Shown here one piece after another: positions 55,790 through 64,000 of a DNA stretch of 64,000 nt (positions are counted from its first letter, which is position 1; the number at the start of each line of letters is the position of its first letter). Source of the DNA: Antedon mediterranea. Lineage: Eukaryota > Animalia > Echinodermata. The stretch covers positions 13,516,001-13,580,000 of the forward strand of contig NC_092674.1 of assembly GCF_964355755.1 (NCBI RefSeq), read 5' to 3'. The notes under the pieces were generated by a model. The model was not told the DNA's origin, made no database searches, and worked only from the letters and a program-made list of their open reading frames with translations. The position numbers and the translations under genes are program-made.

Positions 55790-56726
55790 CCCTATTTGCT
55801 AAGGCATTATAATTCAATTCATGGAAATACTCCGAATTTTCGAGTAACATGTGGAATTGGTGGTTCGCTGCCCGGCAAGCTTTGGAATTTACAATTCGTT
55901 TTACAAGCATGTCATAAGACGCCATTTTAAGGACGAGTATAACAATCGGCAACCTCCTGCAGTTGACGATGGAAACATCAGTAATAAGTATGCCTGGAGA
56001 AAACGAGGATGCCAATTGAGGATGAAGTAGAACTAGGCCTAGACTAGGAGACTGACGAAGTTAATGAAGAAAAAAACTATTATAACGGGGATGATTTATC
56101 AACTGACGATAGTAGTAGTGATAATTCTAGTATTGTTATACTGTTAATGATTGAAATAATATTAATTATCTTGTTGATGCTCAGCAAGAAGGCCTACTAA
56201 CTAGAGGATGAACAAGCAGATAATAGTATAAAAAATGCTGATTTCTTTCTACTAAAATTAAAGGAGAGAAACAAGATTCCACAGGTAAGCCATTTTGCTT
56301 TAAAATTACAACAATTATGCATTTTAAACTATTTTTTATTAGAGAAATACGTCTATTTCCTAGGCCTTGCTGGTACTGTTATATACAGGACTATTAGCTA
56401 TAGTAACTATAGGACTTGGGTACTAGGCCTAGGCCTAGGCATTATACACTCTAAGTTTATGTTGCATTTTTTTGTGACCAATTTCATTGTTACAAATAAC
56501 ATTTTTTTTGTTAGGCTGCATAGCTCCCCAACTAAAGCACAACTTAGTTTTTAAACATATTAAAACTTGAATATAAAAAATATTAAATCAATATTATTTT
56601 CTTTAGGCCTAGGTGGTTGCAGTGCAATCGATTATTCAAAGCACAAACAGTTTGATTACCCAGATTCTTTCAGTTGAAACTGAAGTGCTAACTGCTCTAC
56701 CGTTGTGTGAATATAAGGATATTGAC
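55790..56726 (+). pseudogene. N-terminal relic of EnSpm transposase (C2H2 fingers, acidic linker, helical motif); catalytic part deleted
   Basis: YLLRHYNSIHGNTPNFRVTCGIGG(frameshift)CPASFGIYNSFYKHVIRRH, then FFLLKLKERNKIPQ|gtaagc, spliced to VVAVQSIIQSTNSLI; sequence then runs directly into the right satellite. Confidence 0.65.
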
Positions 56727-58000
56727 AATCTATTTTAAGTAAAACATTTCTCAAAATAAGTATTTTTAAGAATATTAAAATAGAATTGACTTCAATTCAA
56801 GCAAAAATAGTCTTGATAGGATATAGTATGATATTGACTTCTTATCTTAAGTAAAACATTTCTCAAAATAAGTATTTTTAAAAATATTGCGAATCTCAAT
56901 TTAAGCAAAAATAGTCTTGATAAGATAGTATGATATTGACTTCTTATTTTAAGTAAAACATTTCTCAAAATAAGTATTTTAAAGAATATTGCGAATCTTG
57001 ATTCAAGTAAAAATAGTCTTGATAAGATAGTATGATATTGACTTCTTATTTTAAGTAAAACATTTCTCAAAATCAGAATATTGCGAATCTGAATTCAAGC
57101 AAAAATAGTCTTGATAGGATAGTATGATATTGACTTCTTATTTTAAGTAAAACATTTTTCAAAATAAGTATTTTTTAAAATATTGCGAATCTCAATTTAA
57201 GCAAAAATAGTCTTGATAAGATAGTATGATATTGACTTCTTATTTTAAGTAAAACATTTCTCGAAATAAGTATTTTTAAGAATATTGCGAATCTTGATTC
57301 AAGTAAAAATAGTCTTGATAAGATAGTATGATATTGACTTCTTATTTTAAGTAAAACATTTCTCAAAATAAGTATTTTTAAAAATATTGCGAATCTCAAT
57401 TTAAGCAAAAATAGTCTTGATAAGATAGTATGATATTGACTTCTTATTTTAAGTAAAACATTTCTCAAAATAAGTATTTTAAAGAATATTGCGAATCTTG
57501 ATTCAAGTAAAAATAGTCTTGATAAGATAGTATGATATTGACTTCTTATTTTAAGTAAAACATTTCTCAAAATCAGAATATTGCGAATCTGAATTCAAGC
57601 AAAAATAGTCTTGATAGGATAGTATGATATTGACTTCTTATTTTAAGTAAAACATTTTTCAAAATAAGTATTTTTTAAAATATTGCGAATCTCAATTTAA
57701 GCAAAAATAGTCTTGATAAGATAGTATGATATTGACTTCTTATTTTAAGTAAAACATTTCTCGAAATAAGTATTTTTAAGAATATTGCGAATCTTGATTC
57801 AAGTAAAAATAGTCTTGATAAGATAGTATGATATTGACTTCTTATTTTAAGTAAAACATTTCTCAAAATAAGTATTTTTAAAAATATTGCGAATCTCAAT
57901 TTAAGCAAAAATAGTCTTGATAAGATAGTATGATATTGACTTCTTATTTTAAGTAAAACATTTCTCAAAATAAGTATTTTTAAGAATATTGCGAAACCTA
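56720..58000. repeat. Tandem array of 102-bp units (about 12 copies), decaying into larger degenerate units up to ~58740
   Basis: attgcgaatc recurs at 102-bp spacing; 34-aa periodicity in the spurious ORFs; 500-bp higher-order duplication (57175 vs 57675). Confidence 0.95.
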
Positions 58001-58846
58001 ATTTAAGAAACTTTGTCTTACCTAGAAAAATATTTATTGTTTTAAGTAATTTTTAGAATTCATCAATCTTAATTTAAGAAAAATTATTCTTGATAGGGAT
58101 AAATATAATATTGATTTCTTATTTTAAGTAAAATACTTTTCAAATTAAGTATTTTCAAATCTTGTTTTAAGCAAAACTATTCTTAATAAGAAGAGAATGA
58201 TATTGACTTCTTATTTTAAGTAAAATATTTCTTGTAATAAGCATTTTCAAGAATATTGCGAATCTTGATTCAAGTAAAAATAATCTTGATAAGGGTAGTG
58301 TGAAATTGACTTCTTATTTTAAGTAAAATATTTCTCAAAACAAGTATTTTCAAGACTATTGCGAAACCTAATTTAAGAAACTTTGTCTTACCTAGAAAAA
58401 TATTGATTGTTTTAAGTAATTTTTATAATTCATCAATCTTGATTTAAGAAAAATTATTCTTGATAGGGATAAATATAATATAGATTTCTTATTTTAAGTA
58501 AAATACTTTTCAAATTAAGTATTTTCAAATCTTGTTTTAAGCAAAACTATTCTTAATAAGAAGAGAATGATATTGACTTCTTATTTTAAGTAAAATATTT
58601 CTTGTAATAAGCATTTTCAAGAATATTGCAAAACTTAATTTAAGAAAATGTGTCTTTTCTAGAAAATTATTTCTTGTTTTAAGTAATTTTAAATCTTGAC
58701 AAGAAAAAAAATACTTATTTTAAGAATTTTTTCTTAAAACAAGATTTTTTTTTCTTGCTTAGAATTTCAAATTTTGCTGTGTATATTATTACCTATATTA
58801 TTACCGGCACGCCCATTAAATTGTAAATAAAACATTTTTTTAAATC

Positions 58847-58905
58847 ATAGTGCAAACGACTGTGTGGCCCTTTTCTGCAGCCGTATTTAAAGGTGACCAT
58901 CCATT
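58847..58905 (-). pseudogene. Truncated ankyrin pseudo-exon (NGWSPLNTAAEKGHTVVCT then MI*)
   Basis: Acceptor tttcag intact. Comparison with 39150-39240 shows a deletion that removes the 3' part of the exon and its donor; read-through hits TAA. Confidence 0.8.
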
Positions 58906-60064
58906 CTGAAATAATTACAAACATCATGTTATAGAAGTAGTAGTATAGTCTTCTACAAAAAGCTATTTAATATTGTATTGAAATCTTTTCGATGTGATCC
59001 AGTAAAACTAGCTTAAAAACCAGGTGAGGGCAAACAAATTCTATTGATCTTACATTCCAATATCTATAGTTTCCCCTATGTTTCATAATGTTAGTGATTT
59101 TATTTGTGTTACACGAGCTTGTTGAAAATATGCACTTTATTATCATGGGGGATAGTTCAAATTACACAATTAAATCTCTATTCATTTGTACACAAATGTT
59201 GTAAATAGAGAGGCAATTTAAAAAAACTAAAAATAAACAGTGTGGTAAAAAATGTTATCACAGGACTGAATATAGATAATACTTCATAGTTTTATTTTCA
59301 TGCTATAGTAAAAATTATCCACCGTATATCCACCATCCACCTTCTATAGAGTCACCGGACATGTAATTACACTGTGTTAAACTACTTAACTACTGAAAAA
59401 AGTCTTACTTGTTTATTTCATTTATATGTAATTTACTTTCTATGGACCAGAGTTTCCGAAATAAAAGATTGAATGAATGTATAGCCGAATTTTACAAAAT
59501 TGTGTATTTGACCATTTTAAGGGAAATCCACTTGTTTTCGTCTTGATGTCTATTATAATTATTTGATTTATGTACAATTTACCAGATATTATATTTAAAA
59601 TTCATGCCTGAACCTAAGCTTTAATTTGAATAAAGATTATTAACCTTTGATGTTTTCTTTAAGATAATGTATTGTATATGCATGCATTTGTTTTGCTTGT
59701 ATACTATTTTGTTATATAGTACGGTACTTTTGTACGTAGCATTTATATATTGCAAATTTGGTAAGAAATTGTGGTCCTTAATTAATATGAAAGATGGCAC
59801 TTTTCTGTTGCCAGTTATTTTGCTACAATTATCAAAGAACCTATAGATACAGTGCACTGATTGGGTAATAGAATACTGTAGTTCAATACGGTTAGTTTAA
59901 TTTTACGACCGTTGAAAACTTCAACCTTGACATGACATAATAAACATTGAAAGTTCTCTCTAGGAGGATTCAGGTAATGTCTCTTTTAACAGGGAAGAGT
60001 TAAATTACGTAATTTAACTCTTCTCTGGTACTAAAGGGTAACACCGCGGCTTTAAAATGTATAT

Positions 60065-60200
60065 TATGAATATAGATTGCTGAACCACCACTCATTCGTC
60101 CAAGACGGGAATCATTTATTAAGTTGTAATTTTCAAGATCTATTATATTCGGTTTATTGTCGTCAAACGAAGACATTGCAATTATTGTACATGTATGACT
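60065..60200 (-). mobile_element. Small LINE APE-endonuclease fragment
   Basis: IDLENYNLINDSRLGRMSGGSAIYIH matches the Y..R..R.GGGVAIYI APE motif. Confidence 0.5.
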
Positions 60201-63200
60201 TAATGACGTTATTATTACAGTTGTAGACACAGTAGACTATGTATACATATTATAATGTACCGCGATTGGAAGCCGACTCGCAATAAAATTAATAATAATA
60301 TTACAAGTAAAACTGAAAAACCACGAAATATCATTTTCTAACATCCAGTGCCCTAAAAGCATATGTTAACAATGATTACGGAATATATTACGAGAGGTGA
60401 TGGACCTTTTCTTTGAACGTCAAAATAGTGCATTGGATATGCTGGGTCTTGCAAAATTGAAAGTTTTTCCTCAGTAAAGTCTCTTATAAAAATGAATCAA
60501 ATTGAGATCTGCTAAATTATAAGTACTGTAGTCCTATACGTGAAGCATAACTAAAAATACGTTCCAGCTAATTCTTACATGTGGTCCGGGTAAACTATAC
60601 AACAATGAATAATGAGAATACTTTCAATGACAGATTTATAACAAAAGACGCATGCCTATGAGTTAACTCCAAAAGATTTGAGTCTACGCAAAAGTAAAGC
60701 CTATTTGATACTCTCAGTAATGAGGTCGTGCCGATTAAGATCACTAGTGATTTATTTGCAATCTCAACTTCAGAGTGGGTACCGTACCGTAGTTCATTTT
60801 TTAAGTTATTTTCCTTTTTTTTCTGGGTTACTGTATGGGTTGATAAATACTGTATGGGTTAAAAAGGTCGTAAGATGTTAGTTTATTAGTATAGAGTACT
60901 CATGCAAACCATAATAGTAGGTAACATTTGTAATTGAGGGCGTTTTATTTGACACGACAAAGCATGTAAAAGATTAAAAATGTACAGTATCATAATATAG
61001 TAGTATATTTTATATGTTGGCATGACATAATACACATTGACAGTTCTTTCTAACAGAGTTTTTTCTCGGGTTACTCGGATGTAATACTTAATTTTTGTTT
61101 TATCCATTGTAATGCGCCGTGTTCTTTATATTATCTTTACATCGATTGTATTTTATTTTTCAATAAGCCGTGTGGAGGATTCATGCAATATCTCTTAGTA
61201 TTAAAGGGTAACACCGCGGCTTTAAAATGTATATTGCTTATTATAAAATATAAACCTTTTAATCAACGTTGGTAATAACTTTACTTAATTTTAGACAGTA
61301 CTCAGGCAAAAGTAGCTTCTTTAAAAGGCAATATTACAGTACGCGTGTGAAGTGAACTCATTCGCCTTAAAAATTCTAGTTTAAAAATATAATTAAACTC
61401 AACCGTTTAAATGGCTGATAATTAGAGCTGTGCGCGCGTGCAAATTAACAATATAAATTAATATTTATTTACTAAAGCTAACATTATGTTTCCTGTTCGA
61501 GAAACGTTGTTGTTATGGGAAGACACTTCTAAGTTGTTGGTGTAACTTCACAACGATGATATATTGAAACATTATATTAATTAGTCTCCTTTACATGGAC
61601 CTTTGTCATGTGCGACGATTTGAAATTCAGATAGTTTTAGTATTGATATTATGTTACTGAGGTGTAGTAGTATGCCACATGCAATGTGGATTGTTGAACA
61701 TATTAATGTATTGATTATAACAAGTATATTATTATTGTCACCGAATTAGTCATGATATACGATGAATTTAAATCAGTTATAAGGTATATAGTAGTATTAT
61801 ATTATTATTGTAACCGAATTAACATTTTGTTGTTATAGAATACAAATACTGGTTCGTAATGTCCGACACTCCACACTAAACATGGCCATGCATTTATAAT
61901 ACAAAACATTGACAAGTCAGAATGTTATAATGTACTTTGTATCGAAACTATACTAAATGACCAAAAGGTGACATACACTTTTGTCAAATCATTTCCTGTT
62001 TTGTATCGTTGGATAGATTTAAACTATAAAATTATTTTAACAATAATATTGTTTGTACATTATACGTATGCTGTAGTAATTTTTTGTTTGTCATTGAAAG
62101 TAATGGTAAATGTATAATTTGTATAGTGTCCCATATCGTTTATGAACGGGTTATAATTTTAAATCTGTTCTGGTTCGCTATGTGTAAAAGTGAAGATCAA
62201 AATAATTAAAATGGTAGAATTAATCGTGATCTTTGAAATTATAATCATGAATATTGTCTCAATGTTAATATTTAAAGTAATCCTTTCTTTACTTTATATG
62301 TCGTTTGACGCAAGCCTAAATAATATGAAAGCAATCTTTAGACAATAAATATATAATCCAAATGTGGATATTGGTATATTTATGAATAATTAAATGACTT
62401 TCTCTCTGGGCTTCCGATTTAAGTGAAGTAGACATTATTTATTATGACCTACATTAGTAACGTTCGACCGCTATTTTTATTGAAGATAATCATGTTCCTT
62501 TATTAAAAAGTGCTCCTAATCACCATCCATAACATCGTTGATAGAGAACCAGATGTAAATAGCAGACGCTTCAGATCCGACGACGAGGAACTCAAACCAT
62601 CAACAGAGACGAAGGCGCCCACCAGTCACGTGAATGAACCTGTCATTTCTTCTGAAGGATCTGTCTGAGCAGGACAGTGAAACTGCAAAAAGCAGGTTAG
62701 TTTAACTATTTTTTTGTTCGAAAAGAATTAATAATTCACATGCCGTATCGTTACAAAATCTCAGCGAAGCCATAGTAATTATTTCAAAAATCTGAAAAGA
62801 GGCCTAGAAATCAGATAGGGGAAGTGGAATGTTACGGGTAGTGAATATAGCCATTATATCGTATTAATCCATTCTGATCACTCTTAAGACTTTTTGACAC
62901 CTAATTGTTTACTATACCCCACTTCAAGTATTATTAAATTATAATAATTATGACCTATCCACGTTCTATCACCATATTAAATAATTTGTCATTATGTTTA
63001 AAGAAAACATTAATCATGATGTTTTTAAAGTGTAATCAGTGCTACTAAGCGCCTTTGATGTTTACATTGGTAGTTAACTACTGCAATACAAATAACTACT
63101 TATCAATATAAGTGTATGCAAGTTACTTTTTGGTAACTTAAAATTAATTGTCATAAACAGGTTGTTAAATGATACTGGTATGTACTTTTGTTTCTAATTT

Positions 63201-64000
63201 ATCCAAAACAATATTATTTAAATTATAAACTTTTAATATTAAATCATTGGACAGTTTGTGTGATATGTGTAATGTACTTCCTAATTAAAAAAAGTATGAA
63301 AGCAAACATAACAACAGACAATGATACTAGTTTCCCGAATAATTGTTGAATTAAACTAAAATTTGAACTCAACCATCACCGTGATGATATCGGGATATCC
63401 GCGTTAAGCACACAGTGTAACTAACATCTTGAAATACACTCATACTCTATAAACTGAAAACATGTATAGTGCTGAATTATGTCTATTATGTGTCATATGG
63501 TACAGTAATAAGTGCGAATAACCAATAAAGTAGTGGGGTTTTTTTTCGTAAAGAAAACAATTCATTTAATTTGATATTTTTCTTGATAGTATAGGCCTAA
63601 TATTCAATTGTTTGGTGTATATCACTGTTATAAGGTAAGCACAACTGTGACATATATTGTCTATAAACGTCTATAAATTTCAAGTCCTTTATTGTCTGAC
63701 TTCGTTTTGAATGAAGTTATAGGCCTTCAAATTCAAATGTCAAATGAATACTAATATTGGTATCCTTTCTACATGATCTCAAGCTCTTCCGCTAGTCACC
63801 TAATCCACCAAAAATATTGGTATGCATACAGAGAGTCATGTCAGGAATAAACAATGTAAGTCGCTTATTACGAAGATGGACCTATTTCATTATGTAACTG
63901 CTGTTGTCACTATGATGTTATTACGTACATAATTTGTATAATTAATGTTTATCTATTGTGTAATCAGTTATGTTTTCTGATTGAACTTAACTGATTGTCA

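Larger units (their letters stand above)
50733..58781. mobile_element. EnSpm/CACTA (CMC) DNA transposon, internally deleted, with large subterminal satellite arrays
   Basis: TIR CACAGCAAAATT / AATTTTGCTGTG; TA duplication (50731-50732, 58782-58783); empty site tttacc-ta-tatta in the paralog at ~39090-39103; internal transposase and accessory-gene relics. Confidence 0.88.

Noticed and set aside
55659-56015. 118-aa minus-strand ORF
   Set aside because: The recognisable coding signal (C2H2 fingers) is on the plus strand; this ORF is its shadow.
51020-58000. CRISPR-like arrays, or repeat proteins from ORFs such as LLETRIQKIQIGIFLLILRKI and RNVLLKIRSQYHTILSRLFLL
   Set aside because: Units are contiguous with no unique spacers, there are no cas genes and the context is eukaryotic. 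The ORFs arise only because 63 and 102 are multiples of 3.
1-64000. Diversity-generating retroelement or other RT-linked diversification of the ankyrin exons
   Set aside because: All RTs here are ordinary LINE or Penelope types with their own TSDs. Exon differences are not adenine-specific and there is no template-repeat/variable-repeat pair.
1-64000. tRNA, rRNA or tRNA-derived SINEs
   Set aside because: No convincing cloverleaf or paired A/B boxes recognised by eye; tRNAscan-SE and Infernal were not run, so weak copies could be missed.

Overview
AT-rich eukaryotic (metazoan, probably marine invertebrate; inference) genomic DNA with no prokaryotic gene structure. The backbone is a mosaic tandem array of a multi-kb intron-exon cassette. 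Each complete cassette carries one 99-bp phase-0 exon encoding exactly one ankyrin repeat on the minus strand: intact at 20041-20139 and 39198-39296, broken at 58847-58905, and deleted in a further copy near 44.3-44.6 kb. The exons differ mainly at predicted ligand-contact codons, suggesting a diversifying, exon-shuffled ankyrin receptor. The cassettes carry many, often nested, transposons: a young 5'-truncated RTE LINE, an Academ element inside an L2-type LINE, a CR1, a Penelope element with a minimal hammerhead ribozyme, a Helitron, an 8-kb EnSpm/CACTA derivative whose ends have expanded into 63-bp and 102-bp satellites, and Harbinger, MULE, hAT-like and pogo-like MITEs. Three tiny CANRG-ended palindromes with 7-8 bp target duplications resemble P-element footprints. 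All calls were made by eye; no searches or alignments were run.
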